Below, one piece after another: positions 18,917 through 31,617 of a stretch of DNA of 64,000 nt (positions are counted from its first letter, which is position 1; each line of letters opens with the position of its first letter). The DNA lies in NCBI GenBank assembly GCA_047150005.1, contig AP038806.1, positions 2,112,001-2,176,000 of the forward strand. The letters are read 5' to 3'. Source of the DNA: Nitrospira sp. GTDB lineage: Bacteria; Nitrospirota; Nitrospiria; Nitrospirales; Nitrospiraceae. The notes under the pieces were generated by a model, which saw only the letters and a program-made list of their open reading frames with translations, did not search any database and was not told the origin of the DNA. Made by a program: the position numbers and the translations under genes.

Positions 18917-21586
18917 TTACTCGACCTTGACGACCGATACGAAGGCCGCCCGGAACGACGGGACCTTCGTTTCCTTATCGATCGTGATCTCGCATAACTG
19001 AGTCATGTCCTGGGCGAAGTGGTCGGGGAACCACGCGAATCCCTTCGGAACGCGTTCAAGCAGTTTCACGGTCGTCGTGCAGGAACCCCGTTCATTGGAC
19101 AGCGTGACGCGGTCTCCAGCGCTCACAGTCAACTGTGCCGCGTCTTCGGGGTTGAGCCGCACCATGCCCGCGGCTTCCACCTGGACCAGTCCCTTCGAAC
19201 GAGTCGACAGCTTGCCGGAATGGAACAGACTCTGCACGAGCCCCAACGTCAGTGCACCGGCAGGCCGGCTCGTTGGGAGGGGCAGAGTATACCGGTCGGC
19301 AAGGTCCCGACGAAACCCCCCTGCGAGGTAGCGGCCGAGTGCTTCCTGATCCACCTTGGCCGACACGGGCGTCGGCCCGAGGGGTCCATATCCCGGAACG
19401 ATGCTGCGGATTTCCTTCAGCAGATCTTTGGTGTCCGCGTACTCCCAGGGCGTGCCGAGCAAGATCGCCAAGGCCGAGAACATGTCCCAGTCCGGGCGGC
19501 TTTCGCCGACCGGCTCGATCGCGGGGCGGACCGCTTGCGCGTGCCCTTCGGAGTTCGTAAATGTACCGGCTTTCTCGAAGGAGGACGCGGCAGGCAGCAC
19601 GACGTGCGCCAAGGACGCGGTCTCCGTGAGGAAGAGTTCCTGACACAGGAGGAAGTCCAACTTCTTGAGCTTGTCTTTCACACCGAGATGGGCTGGGAGG
19701 CTGGCCACCGGATTTTCGCCGACGATCAACATGGCCTTGAGCCGGCCGGCCCCGGCCTGCTCGATCATGTCGACGAGCGTCGCGCCGGGATGGTCGGGCG
19801 GAGTCCCCTTCCAGACCTGTGCAATCCGCTTTCGAGCCGTCTCGTCCGATACCTCGCAGGGCCCCGGCAACCATTCGGCCACGGCGCCCATTTCGACTGC
19901 CCCCTGGTCGTTGTTTTCTTCGGCCAGAGGGGCGAAGCCGCAGCCCGGGGCGGCGGCTTTTCCGAGCAGGAGGAGCAGATCCAGAAGATTGAGGCTTGCG
20001 TGATACCCGCCGGGGCTGCGCAAGAGCCCTTGGCCGGCGAGGACGACGACGCGCCGGCCAAGGGCAAGCGCCGTGACGATCTCGACGAACTGCTGCTGGG
20101 AAGCTCCTGTTCGAGCCGTCACATCTGTCCAGGCGAGCTGTTCGAGGCGTTGGGAGAGGGCCGCGACGTAGTCCGGCGCTTGCGTGCGCAGAGCGACGTC
20201 GACGTGATTTCCCTCCACCACGGCCTTGAGAAGGCCGAGCACGGCAGCCGGAAACTGTTCCGGTCCCATACAGAGGTGATGGCGCGACAGGTTGGCGATA
20301 TTGCTGATCGTGTCGATTGCCGGCTGCACCGACTCGATTGTCACCAGGTCGGCCTGGTGCTTCTTCACCGCTTCCTTCACCTTGAGGCCCGTGATCGGAT
20401 TCGCCTCGGTGAGATTTGTGCCGATCAACAATATGATGTCGGCGTGCACGATGTCCTCGAACGCGAGCGTCCAGCGGTGCGTGCCCTGGACGCGCTGCGT
20501 GGCCCGGACGGCGTTGAGGTGGCCATAGCGGGCGCTGCTGTCCACATTGTTCGTACCGACGGCGAGACGCAAGAGCTTTTGGAAGAGATACAGTTCTTCG
20601 TTGGTCAGGCGACCGGAGATCAGTCCGCCCACTGCCTGAGAACCGGATTGGGCCTTGATTTCCCGCAGCCGTTGGGCGGTCAACTGCAGCGCCGCTTCCC
20701 ATGTGGCTTCGATCAGCACCCCGTTTTGCCGGATCAACGGCTTGGTGAGCCGTTCCGGATTGGCCGCCGCATGGAACCCGAAAAAACCCCTGGCGCAGAG
20801 GTCGCCGTTGTTGCGGCCTGCCCCTTGAGCCGAATTGACTTCGATGAGCTGGTTGCCTTTCGTCTGCACGGTGATCTGGCAGCCGTCTCCGCAGTAGCCG
20901 CAGACCGTATCGGCCCGTTTGAGCATCCAGGGCCGGTACTCGTACATCGACAACCGGCTGGTGATCGCGCCGACCGGACAGATCTGGACGCAGCCGCCGC
21001 AGAACTCGCAATCGAGCGGATGCGCGGCGAAGGACTTGATCTCGGTCATGGTGCCGCGGCCCACGGGGGCCAGGGCCTTGACGTCCATCACTTCGTCGCA
21101 ATAGCGGACGCAGCGCAGGCATTGTACGCAACGGTTCATCTGGGTCTCGATCAGCGGGCTGAAATATTCTTTTTGGAAAATCCGCTTGGTCTCGACGAAC
21201 CGGCTGGCCGTCGCCGTGTACTCGTGTGAAAAGTCCTGCAGGTCGCATTTGCCACCCTGGTCGCACACCGGGCAGTCCAGCGGATGATTGGCGAGGATGA
21301 ACTCAAGCACCGACTTGTGCGCGTCATGGACGACCGTGGTGGCTGTGCGGACGGTCATGCCGTCGGTCGCCACGGTGCTGCACGACGTCTGCAGCTTGGG
21401 CATTTTCTCGACTTCCACCAGACACATGCGGCAGTTGGCATCCGGCTTCAGCTTGGGGTGATAGCAGAAATGCGGAATCATGACGCCGACCCGCCGCGCC
21501 GCCTCGATGACGAGGGTGCCCTTCGGGACCGTGACGGAGATGCCGTCGATGGTCAACCGGACCGTTTCTGCCGAAGCGTCAGCCAT
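18917..21586 (-). CDS. nuoG: NADH-quinone oxidoreductase subunit G
   Basis: [33 protein letters not shown] and CGYCGDGC (N7-type), plus a molybdopterin-oxidoreductase-like C-terminus. Confidence 0.95.
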   Translation of the reverse strand: MADASAETVRLTIDGISVTVPKGTLVIEAARRVGVMIPHFCYHPKLKPDANCRMCLVEVEKMPKLQTSCSTVATDGMTVRTATTVVHDAHKSVLEFILANHPLDCPVCDQGGKCDLQDFSHEYTATASRFVETKRIFQKEYFSPLIETQMNRCVQCLRCVRYCDEVMDVKALAPVGRGTMTEIKSFAAHPLDCEFCGGCVQICPVGAITSRLSMYEYRPWMLKRADTVCGYCGDGCQITVQTKGNQLIEVNSAQGAGRNNGDLCARGFFGFHAAANPERLTKPLIRQNGVLIEATWEAALQLTAQRLREIKAQSGSQAVGGLISGRLTNEELYLFQKLLRLAVGTNNVDSSARYGHLNAVRATQRVQGTHRWTLAFEDIVHADIILLIGTNLTEANPITGLKVKEAVKKHQADLVTIESVQPAIDTISNIANLSRHHLCMGPEQFPAAVLGLLKAVVEGNHVDVALRTQAPDYVAALSQRLEQLAWTDVTARTGASQQQFVEIVTALALGRRVVVLAGQGLLRSPGGYHASLNLLDLLLLLGKAAAPGCGFAPLAEENNDQGAVEMGAVAEWLPGPCEVSDETARKRIAQVWKGTPPDHPGATLVDMIEQAGAGRLKAMLIVGENPVASLPAHLGVKDKLKKLDFLLCQELFLTETASLAHVVLPAASSFEKAGTFTNSEGHAQAVRPAIEPVGESRPDWDMFSALAILLGTPWEYADTKDLLKEIRSIVPGYGPLGPTPVSAKVDQEALGRYLAGGFRRDLADRYTLPLPTSRPAGALTLGLVQSLFHSGKLSTRSKGLVQVEAAGMVRLNPEDAAQLTVSAGDRVTLSNERGSCTTTVKLLERVPKGFAWFPDHFAQDMTQLCEITIDKETKVPSFRAAFVSVVKVE

Positions 21587-21589
21587 GAG

Positions 21590-21697
21590 ATTCGTCGTTC
21601 GTCGTTCGTGAATCGTGAAGCGTCCATCCGTAGAACAGAACAGGGTCATGTGGGACTTGCCGTCCGCGAGACACGAGATGCGAGATATGCTTCACGA
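21590..21697. repeat. Heptamer-based palindromic intergenic repeat (nuoF-nuoG)
   Basis: TCGTCGT/TCGTGAA tandem units on the left arm, CGAGATG CGAGATA TGCTTCACG on the right arm. Related to 8809-8866. Confidence 0.65.
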
Positions 21698-21703
21698 GAA
21701 ACA

Positions 21704-23011
21704 TCAGTGTCGTGCTCCCACCGGGATCGATTTGATGAGATTCGCCGCTTCCGCCTCGTGAATCAGCGCCACATACTCCTGGCGCCAATGTTTCAAGGTA
21801 CTCATGATGGGTGCGACCTCGGCGTCGCCGAAGGCACAGACCGTGCGGCCGGCGATGTTCTTGCACAGATCCGTCAACGTTTCAAGGTCCTGCGCTCTGC
21901 CCTGTTTGGCCACGATGCGGCGCATGGTCTGCACCAGCCAGGAGCTGCCTTCACGGCAGGGAGTGCACTTGCCGCAGGACTCGTGGTAGAAAAATTCCAT
22001 GAGGCGGAGAGCGGCCCAGACCATGCTGGTCCCTTCTTCCATCACCGTGACGCCGCCGGACCCCAGCATGGAGCCGGCGGCCGCCACCGATTCAAAGTCG
22101 AGCTTCACGTCGAGATGGGCCGGGGTCAAAAACGGCGCCGACGCGCCGCCCGGTATAAAGGCCTTGATGGGTTTGTCTCCCCGCATCCCGCCGGCCTGTT
22201 CGTAGATCAGCTCGCGAAACGTCACGCCCATGGGCACTTCGTAATTGCCCGGCCGCTTCACATGCCCGCTGACACAGAAGATCCTCGTGCCCGTGCTCTT
22301 GGGCGGAGAGCCGATCGACGCGAACCATTCGGCGCCGCGGTTGAGAATGTGCGGGAGGTTCGCCAGCGTCTCCACGTTGTTGACGACGGTGGGCTTGTTG
22401 TACAGACCGTGCGTGGCGGGAAACGGGGGCTTGACGCGCGGCAGGCCGCGCTTGCCTTCCAGGGATTCGAGGAGCGCGGTCTCCTCGCCGCAAATGTAAG
22501 CCCCGGCCCCGCGGTGGACGACGATGTCGACGTTGACGCCTGTGCCGAGAATGTTCTTGCCGACGTAGCCGGCCGATCTGGCTTCCTCGATCGCCCGCTC
22601 CAGGATTTTGGAGCCCAACACCATCTCGCCTCGGATATAAATGTAGGTTGATTTGGCTCCGATCGCGTAGCCGGCCAGGACGATGCCCTCCAAAAGCTGG
22701 TGAGGATCCCGCTCCATGAGCTGCCGGTCTTTGAACGTGCCCGGCTCGCTCTCGTCGGCGTTGCAGCACAGATACCGCGGACCAGGGTGATCCTTGGGAA
22801 GAAAGCCCCATTTCACACCGGTCGGAAAACCGGCTCCGCCGCGGCCCCGGAGCCCGGACTTCATGACGATGGCCGTGACGTCGGCCGGAGCGATCTTGCC
22901 GAGCGCCTTTCTGAGCGCCTGATAGCCGCCCATCCGCTCGTAGTCGGCAAGCGAACCGGTATAGTCGGGCTGCATCATGTTTTTTAGAAGAATCAGTTCG
23001 TGCTTCGCCAT
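21704..23011 (-). CDS. nuoF: NADH-quinone oxidoreductase subunit F
   Basis: SGLRGRGGAGFPTG, NADESEPGTFKDR, GAGAYICGEETAL, ESCGKCTPCREG. Confidence 0.97.
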   Translation of the reverse strand: MAKHELILLKNMMQPDYTGSLADYERMGGYQALRKALGKIAPADVTAIVMKSGLRGRGGAGFPTGVKWGFLPKDHPGPRYLCCNADESEPGTFKDRQLMERDPHQLLEGIVLAGYAIGAKSTYIYIRGEMVLGSKILERAIEEARSAGYVGKNILGTGVNVDIVVHRGAGAYICGEETALLESLEGKRGLPRVKPPFPATHGLYNKPTVVNNVETLANLPHILNRGAEWFASIGSPPKSTGTRIFCVSGHVKRPGNYEVPMGVTFRELIYEQAGGMRGDKPIKAFIPGGASAPFLTPAHLDVKLDFESVAAAGSMLGSGGVTVMEEGTSMVWAALRLMEFFYHESCGKCTPCREGSSWLVQTMRRIVAKQGRAQDLETLTDLCKNIAGRTVCAFGDAEVAPIMSTLKHWRQEYVALIHEAEAANLIKSIPVGARH

Positions 23012-23020
23012 GTTTAGTTT

Positions 23021-23104
23021 CGTGAAGCGTCGTTCGTGAAGCGTGAAGCGCCAGGCTTCTTACATTTCATGTCCGCGAACGACGAGATACGAACCCCGCT
23101 TCAC
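23021..23104. repeat. Heptamer-based palindromic intergenic repeat (nuoE-nuoF)
   Basis: CGTGAAG tandem units on the left, CGACGAGATACGAAC..GCTTCAC on the right. Confidence 0.65.
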
Positions 23105-23637
23105 ACGCCCTGCTTCGCGGGCGCCGGTTCCGGCCACATGAACGGCCCGCTCTTCAGCGTGCTCGACCCGGTCGTGCGAAGATCGGCCAGAATCCGATCC
23201 ACCTTCTCCTCGGTCAGCCGTTCGTAATAGTCGTCGTTGATCTGCATCATCGGGCCTGTCCCGCAGGCAGCCAGGCATTCCACCGCGGACAGGGTGAACA
23301 GACCGTCGGCCGTGGTCTCGCCGGGCCCGATACTCAGCTTCGTTTTGATCCAGCCGATCAGAGTGTCCGAGCCGACGAGCGCGCACATCAGCGACTTGCA
23401 GACCTGAATGTGGTGCGTACCCACCTTCTTGAGATTCAACATCGTATAGAAGGTGACGGTCTCGTAGACTTGCGGCGGGGTCAAACGGAGGAGGCCGGCG
23501 ATTTCGGTCATCGCTGCTTCCGTCAGGTAGCCCTCTTCCCGCTGGGCCAGATAGAGCAGCGGAATCAGCGCCGACCGTTTCACCGGATAGCGCGACAGGA
23601 TATCCGCAATTTCGTCCCTGTATTTTTCTGACAACAT
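23101..23637 (-). CDS. nuoE: NADH-quinone oxidoreductase subunit E
   Basis: VCKSLMC ... ECLAACGTGP 2Fe-2S ligands. Confidence 0.96.
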   Translation of the reverse strand: MLSEKYRDEIADILSRYPVKRSALIPLLYLAQREEGYLTEAAMTEIAGLLRLTPPQVYETVTFYTMLNLKKVGTHHIQVCKSLMCALVGSDTLIGWIKTKLSIGPGETTADGLFTLSAVECLAACGTGPMMQINDDYYERLTEEKVDRILADLRTTGSSTLKSGPFMWPEPAPAKQGV

Positions 23638-23665
23638 CGGCTGTTGAAATCCGCAGTGAGAAGTT

Positions 23666-25420
23666 TTACCGGTCGCACTCGCCCATGACGATATCGTACG
23701 TGCCGAAAATCGTGATGATGTCCGAAATCAGATAGCCGCGAGCCATGTGGTCGAAGGCGCCCATATGCACGAACGAAGGGGATCGGATCTTCAACCGATA
23801 GGGCCGGGCGGACCCGTCGCTGACGATGAAGAAGCCCAGCTCGCCTTTCGGCGCCTCGGTCCCGCAATAGGTCTCGGCCTTCGGAGGTTTCAGCCCCTGG
23901 GTGAAGATGATGAAGTGATGGATCAGACTCTCCATGTCCCGCATGACGTGAGGCTTCGGCGGAGGAATGTACTGCGGAGCATCCGCCATGATTGCGCCGG
24001 CCGGCAATTGATCGAGACACTGCTGAATGATACGCGCGCTTTGGCGCATCTCTTCCATCCGGACCCAATACCGGTCATAGGTATCGCCTTTTTTCCCGAT
24101 CGGCACTTCCCAGTCGACTTTGTCGTACGCGCCGTATGGCTCGGTCTTGCGGATGTCGTAGGCGACGCCCGATCCCCGGAGCACCGGCCCGGTGCAGCCG
24201 AAGTTGATGGCGTCCTCGGCCGAGATGACCGCGACATTCTTGGTCCGCCCAAGCCAGATCCGGTTCGAGGCGATCAGCGAGTCGTATTCCTTCACCTTGT
24301 CGGGGAACGTTGCCAAGAAGGTTTTGAGCCGTTGAATCAGCTCCGGTGTCAAATCGCTGTCCACGCCGCCGATCCGATAGTAGTTCAATGTGAGGCGCGC
24401 GCCGCAGAGTTTCTCGAAGAGGTCGAGCAGCACCTCCCGCTCGCGAAACGTCCAGAAAAAGACCGTCATGGCGCCGATGTCCAGCGCCTGCGTGCCGAGC
24501 CAGAACAGATGTCCGATGATCCGCTGCATTTCGGCCACGATCGTCCGAATGTATTCCGCCCGGTCCGGAATCGTGATGCCGAGCAGCTTCTCCACGGCCC
24601 GCACGTAGGCATAATTGTTGGCCATCGCACAGACGTAGTCGAGCCGGTCGGTATGAGGAATGATCTGCATGTAGGCCAGCCCTTCGGAGAGCTTTTCCAC
24701 TCCCCGATGCAGGTAGCCGAGATCGGGCGTGGCCTTCACGATCCGCTCGCCGTCCAATTCCAGGACGACGCGCAACACGCCGTGCGTGCTGGGATGCTGC
24801 GGCCCCATGTTGAGCAGCAGTTCTTCGCGCCGCAGGGACCCCGGTCGCTCCTGCTCGGCGGCCCGAAAGGCCTGCTTTTGGCTCTCGGGGATCTCGCTGT
24901 CCGCGGAGTCGGACGGCGGCTCGTCCAGCCGGGGAATGAAGTCGAAGTGGCTGCGCCACCCGCGCCCTTCCGCAGGGAAGTCTTTTCGCAAGGGAAAGCC
25001 TTCGTCATAGTCTTCCGGCATGAGAATGCGCCGGAGATCGGGATGCCCGGCGAAGCGGATCCCCATCATGTCGTAGACTTCACGTTCGAGAAACTCCGCG
25101 CCTTTCCATACGGGGGTCACGGAAGCGATGGTGGGGTTGTCCTCCGACAGCCGGGCCTTCAGACGGAGCCGGCGGTTTCGGGAGAGGGAATGGAGATGGT
25201 AGACGACTTCAAACCGTTGCTGGTCCTCCGGGTAGTCCACGGAACAGATATCGGTGAGATGGTTGAAGGAGGCTTCCGGCTCGTCGTGGAGGAACCGGCT
25301 CAATTCGAGCATGTGCTCGGCCGCGACGTGGATCGAAACCTCCGAACGCTCCGTGTCCGCCTGGACGGACAGCACAGCCTTCGGAAACCGCGTCATCAGC
25401 ATTTCGATCAGTGATTGCAT
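23666..25420 (-). CDS. nuoCD: NADH-quinone oxidoreductase fused subunit C/D
   Basis: NuoC motif [20 protein letters not shown] followed in frame by NuoD motifs [23 protein letters not shown] and GECDR. Confidence 0.96.
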   Translation of the reverse strand: MQSLIEMLMTRFPKAVLSVQADTERSEVSIHVAAEHMLELSRFLHDEPEASFNHLTDICSVDYPEDQQRFEVVYHLHSLSRNRRLRLKARLSEDNPTIASVTPVWKGAEFLEREVYDMMGIRFAGHPDLRRILMPEDYDEGFPLRKDFPAEGRGWRSHFDFIPRLDEPPSDSADSEIPESQKQAFRAAEQERPGSLRREELLLNMGPQHPSTHGVLRVVLELDGERIVKATPDLGYLHRGVEKLSEGLAYMQIIPHTDRLDYVCAMANNYAYVRAVEKLLGITIPDRAEYIRTIVAEMQRIIGHLFWLGTQALDIGAMTVFFWTFREREVLLDLFEKLCGARLTLNYYRIGGVDSDLTPELIQRLKTFLATFPDKVKEYDSLIASNRIWLGRTKNVAVISAEDAINFGCTGPVLRGSGVAYDIRKTEPYGAYDKVDWEVPIGKKGDTYDRYWVRMEEMRQSARIIQQCLDQLPAGAIMADAPQYIPPPKPHVMRDMESLIHHFIIFTQGLKPPKAETYCGTEAPKGELGFFIVSDGSARPYRLKIRSPSFVHMGAFDHMARGYLISDIITIFGTYDIVMGECDR

Positions 25421-25501
25421 GACACACTCTGTCTCGGGTGGCAAACCCGGGCCCGATCATGGAGGAATCTCCACGAAGCCGTTCTTGCGTTCACACCGGC
25501 A

Positions 25502-25981
25502 TTATTTGACGAACACTTTTTCCCGCTGAATTTTCTCCTGCAGTTTCAGGAGCCCGTCGATCAACGCTTCGGGACGAGGCGGGCAGCCCGGGACGTACAC
25601 ATCGACCGGCACGATCTGATCGACGCCCTGAACGACGGCGTAACTATTGTAGTGGTTGCCGGACGTCGCGCAGGACCCCATGGAGATGACATATCGTGGC
25701 TCCGGCATCTGGTCGTAGATGCGACGGATGACCGGCGCCATTTTGCGTGTGACCGTGCCGGCCACAATCATGAGATCGGACTGCCGGGGCGAGGCGCGAA
25801 AGACGCCGGCCCCGAAGCGGTCGATGTCATAGCGGGAGGAGACGCTGGCGATCATCTCGATGGCGCAGCAGGCCAGACCGAACGTCATGGGCCACAGAGC
25901 GGACTTTCTGGCCCAGTTCACGACCGCGTCGAGATTGGTCGTAATGATATTCGCTTCCAGCTGCCGTTCTAAAAAGCTCAT
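25502..25981 (-). CDS. nuoB: NADH-quinone oxidoreductase subunit B
   Basis: [27 protein letters not shown]. Confidence 0.97.
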   Translation of the reverse strand: MSFLERQLEANIITTNLDAVVNWARKSALWPMTFGLACCAIEMIASVSSRYDIDRFGAGVFRASPRQSDLMIVAGTVTRKMAPVIRRIYDQMPEPRYVISMGSCATSGNHYNSYAVVQGVDQIVPVDVYVPGCPPRPEALIDGLLKLQEKIQREKVFVK

Positions 25982-25993
25982 CGCGTTCGCTCC

Positions 25994-26023
25994 AGTGCTG
26001 AGTGCTGAGTGCTGAGTCCTGAG
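25994..26023. repeat. Short tandem heptamer repeat (AGTGCTG)x3 + AGTCCTG
   Basis: Read directly in the nuoA-nuoB intergenic region. Confidence 0.85.
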
Positions 26024-26066
26024 ACTCGGCCTCGGTGTATTTCTCCACACCCCTCAAAGAATGAAA

Positions 26067-26168
26067 TGAGCGGGTGACGGCGACCTGGGCGCCCAGCCGC
26101 CTGCAGCGGGGCCCCACACCGGGCGGGGTGCGAAGCCGGCTGGGTTGGTCGGCGGCAGGACCCGCTCA
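26067..26168. repeat. ~100-bp GC-rich MITE/REP-like element, copy 2 (nuoA-nuoB intergenic), inverted relative to copy 1
   Basis: 9-bp terminal inverted repeat TGAGCGGGT...ACCCGCTCA that includes the nuoA stop codon. Core CGCACCCCGCCCGGTGTGGGG is shared with copy 1. Confidence 0.8.
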
Positions 26169-26537
26169 GTCCCATTCGAGCGCCCCCTTCTTCCATGCAT
26201 ACCAGAGTCCTACCAAGAGAATCCCGATGAACACCAGCATTTCCACCAGGCCCAGGAGCCCCAACGATTGAAACCGCACGGCCCAGGGCAGGATGAAGAT
26301 CACCTCGATATCAAAGATCACGAACAGCATGGCGATGATGTAGTAGCGCATCGGGAACTGAATACGGGCATCGGAAAACAGCGGGCTGCCGCTTTCATAA
26401 GGGCTGAGCTTGGCGCGATACGGCCGGCTCGGCCGGACGAGGCGCCCGGCGAGCAGCGAGACGGCGCCGAACGCCATCGCGATTCCGATGAACAGCAGGA
26501 TCGGAAGATAGTTTGTGGGGACCGATTCGCTTCCCAT
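26166..26537 (-). CDS. nuoA: NADH-quinone oxidoreductase subunit A
   Basis: KLSPYESG, YYIIAMLFVIFDIE, WKKGALEW. Confidence 0.96.
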   Translation of the reverse strand: MGSESVPTNYLPILLFIGIAMAFGAVSLLAGRLVRPSRPYRAKLSPYESGSPLFSDARIQFPMRYYIIAMLFVIFDIEVIFILPWAVRFQSLGLLGLVEMLVFIGILLVGLWYAWKKGALEWD

Positions 26538-26560
26538 ATTCCCTCGTTACCGCTGCTGCG

Positions 26561-27787
26561 TCACCGGCGCATCTCGATCGTGTCCGCGCGGACGGGGACT
26601 TCGTAGCGACGCCGGCCCGTTGCCGTCAGCGCCGAGCCGAAGAACGGCTTGAAGGTCAATCCGTCGAGTTGCGGTTCCGCCATGGCCTTGTGCTGCACCA
26701 AAATCTTGAAGGTCCGGCCCATGCCGTTGGGTTGGAGGAGATGCAGGGCGGCGAAAAACTCCGGGCTTTCCGGTTCGAGCCGGCTGATCATCTCCTCGAC
26801 GCCCAGGCCCATAAGAAAACTCATCTGGTTGGTGAAGCCCGTCAAAGACAGTCCCGCGTCCTGTCCCATCAGGGCTAGACTGGTGAAGTCGACGTGAGAG
26901 GTCATGTCCTGAAGCCCGACGCGTGTATAGGGATCCTCGGACGTCAGCTGCGAGTGATAACAGAGCAACGTGCCTTTGGCGCGATCCGATCCGTACAGAT
27001 CCTGGGCGGAGTGCCCATAGTCGATGGTGAGGACTGCTCCGCGGGAAAGGCTACCGGCCACGCGGGCCATCCAGTCGAGTGCGCGCAGATTGATTTCGGT
27101 GCGATAGCCTTCCGGCAGGACAAGGTCGAGGCGCGCCAAATAGCCGGCCAGCGCCGGATCCGACAACGGCCGGAGACATTCGACGAACCGGCCATCGTGG
27201 TGGTCCACGAAGAGTTCCGTGAGGACCCCTCCGGAGACCTCGATCCGATGAACGGGAAATGCGTCGACCAGCTCGTTGCTGAACATCACACCCACCGTGC
27301 CGTCATGCGGGAGACCGTCGAGATCCGCGACCCAGGTGACCAGCCCGTCCCGCTCCAACCAGGGTTGAAGGTGGTGTTGCTGGAGGGCGCGCATCGCAGG
27401 GCTTCGTTCGACCAAGACGTAGCGCAGGCGCGGTCCCAACGCGCCGGATCCCTCCCCATGACAAGCGGACAGGAAATGTGCGGCCAATAGGCCCTTGCCT
27501 GGTCCCATTTCAACGACTGTGAAGGGATCGGGATGTCCGAGGAGTACGTCGATCTGTTCCGCTTGTCTGGCCAGCGCCTGCCCGAGAATGGGATGGACGT
27601 CCGAGCTTGTGTAGAAGTCGCCGGACCACCCGATCCGCTCCGTACCGACTTCGGGCGGGCGCATGTAGTACCCATATTGCGGATGATAGAGTGCGAGGTC
27701 CATGAATCGGACGAAGGGTATGGGACCCGACGAGGCGATCTCCGAGACGATGGCAGCCGTGAGCTGTGGATGGCCTGTGAGTGTCAC
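26561..27787 (-). CDS. SAM-dependent methyltransferase, NDUFAF7/MidA family (start uncertain, ORF open to 27880)
   Basis: GPIPFVRFMDLALYHPQYGYY, GDFYTS, VEMGPGKG, SNELVDAFP, IDYG, QDMTSHVDF. Confidence 0.9.
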   Translation of the reverse strand: MTLTGHPQLTAAIVSEIASSGPIPFVRFMDLALYHPQYGYYMRPPEVGTERIGWSGDFYTSSDVHPILGQALARQAEQIDVLLGHPDPFTVVEMGPGKGLLAAHFLSACHGEGSGALGPRLRYVLVERSPAMRALQQHHLQPWLERDGLVTWVADLDGLPHDGTVGVMFSNELVDAFPVHRIEVSGGVLTELFVDHHDGRFVECLRPLSDPALAGYLARLDLVLPEGYRTEINLRALDWMARVAGSLSRGAVLTIDYGHSAQDLYGSDRAKGTLLCYHSQLTSEDPYTRVGLQDMTSHVDFTSLALMGQDAGLSLTGFTNQMSFLMGLGVEEMISRLEPESPEFFAALHLLQPNGMGRTFKILVQHKAMAEPQLDGLTFKPFFGSALTATGRRRYEVPVRADTIEMRR

Positions 27788-27896
27788 AGGGTCAGAGGCT
27801 CCTTTTTTGAGAACGGCCGCTCCGGCGACGGCTCTCGGGTAGACACCAATACCCGACGGGTAAACCTCACCCGTCACCACAAGAAAAGAGGGGGCT

Positions 27897-27926
27897 AGAG
27901 TAGCCGTTGGAAGTACGCTAAGTCAA
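27897..27926 (-). promoter_or_regulatory. Candidate sigma70 promoter for the methyltransferase-nuo operon
   Basis: TTGACT-N18-TACTCT on the minus strand. Confidence 0.4.
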
Positions 27927-28240
27927 GGTGATTTCAGGCGGAAAGTGTCGTCTCATCGACACGGAGACTTCCTGGCTTGCCTGAGGGCTCCAGCGTCCGG
28001 TTTGTCTTCCATGCTGTAAGCTGCCAAGGCTCTTCCTTAGGCCGCCTCTCCAGGTTCAACCTTGCGGCAATTCGGGCACCGTTCCGTCGAGCGACCGTGT
28101 CTCGCGTCTCGCGAGTGACATCGATGTTCGCAGGTCCGTTCATGCTTTGCATGGAACGGACCCAGTTTCGATGTCAAACAGTCGCGAGATGAGAACGGTC
28201 GAATTGACGTGTGGGAGAGAGGCGGTGCAGCGGTCCTACC

Positions 28241-30961
<2,721 letters not shown>

Positions 30962-31104
30962 GCTCGATCCCAGGCCCGGTGCCAGGCGCGGTGCTAATGG
31001 GTTGCGACGGTCGAACGTATGATTGAGGTCGAAGGCCGTCTCGCAGTATACAGTAAACATTTTCCGAATCCTATCGGGATTCGAGCCTGACCGCCCACGT
31101 TGTC

Positions 31105-31134
31105 TTGACTCCTCCTCGACACATCCCGTAACAT
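31105..31134 (+). promoter_or_regulatory. Candidate sigma70 promoter of the metal island
   Basis: TTGACT-N18-TAACAT, 30 nt before ATG 31165. Confidence 0.45.
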
Positions 31135-31164
31135 TCGAGCAGCCACCTCAGGATTGAACGGCAG

Positions 31165-31488
31165 ATGACCTCCCGAACCACATCCAGGCTCGTTGCGCAA
31201 TGCGTAGCGTGGCTGGTGGTTTTTTGTGTCCTCACGGTGGGAGGCCTGGCGTCCGCGCAGTCGATCTCCCACGAGTCCCAGCACGCACACCATCAGAAGG
31301 CCACTCACAGTACGGCACTCTGTTCCTGGATGTGTGCGGCCGGGTCCGTGCTTGACAGCGTATCCGCTCCCGCTCTGGCCGAACACTCGCCGGTCGCTCT
31401 CGTCGAAGAGTTCGTCCCTCAGACCGTTCCTTCCACGGCCGTGCAGGTCGTGACGTCCCGCGGACCTCCCGTACACGCCGTCGTCTAA
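31165..31488 (+). CDS. DUF2946/CruR-like leader protein 1 (TM, HESQHAHH, CSWMC, C-terminal RGPP)
   Basis: Architecture shared with four other ORFs in the window. Lies upstream of an OM barrel gene. Confidence 0.75.
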   Translation: MTSRTTSRLVAQCVAWLVVFCVLTVGGLASAQSISHESQHAHHQKATHSTALCSWMCAAGSVLDSVSAPALAEHSPVALVEEFVPQTVPSTAVQVVTSRGPPVHAVV

Positions 31489-31617
31489 CGCAACCACCTC
31501 ATAGCGACTGAAATCTGAACCGTTTTGTGCCGGTTCAGGGCCAGCGCCTGAGATGAGGATTCACCATGGATATGATCAATCGTTCCGGCGTGCGTACCCA
31601 GACGGAGGGTAAGGATT

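Noticed and set aside
19019..21266. Very long antisense or alternate-frame ORFs over nuoG (likewise over secA, copA, nuoL)
   Set aside because: Typical shadow ORFs of high-GC coding DNA with no protein-like motifs.
8809..26168. CRISPR array from recurring short repeats
   Set aside because: Repeats are dispersed or 7-nt tandem units without regular unique spacers, and there are no cas genes.
27934..28240. Small ORFs or an ncRNA between secA and the methyltransferase
   Set aside because: No recognisable motif, RBS or RNA family signature.
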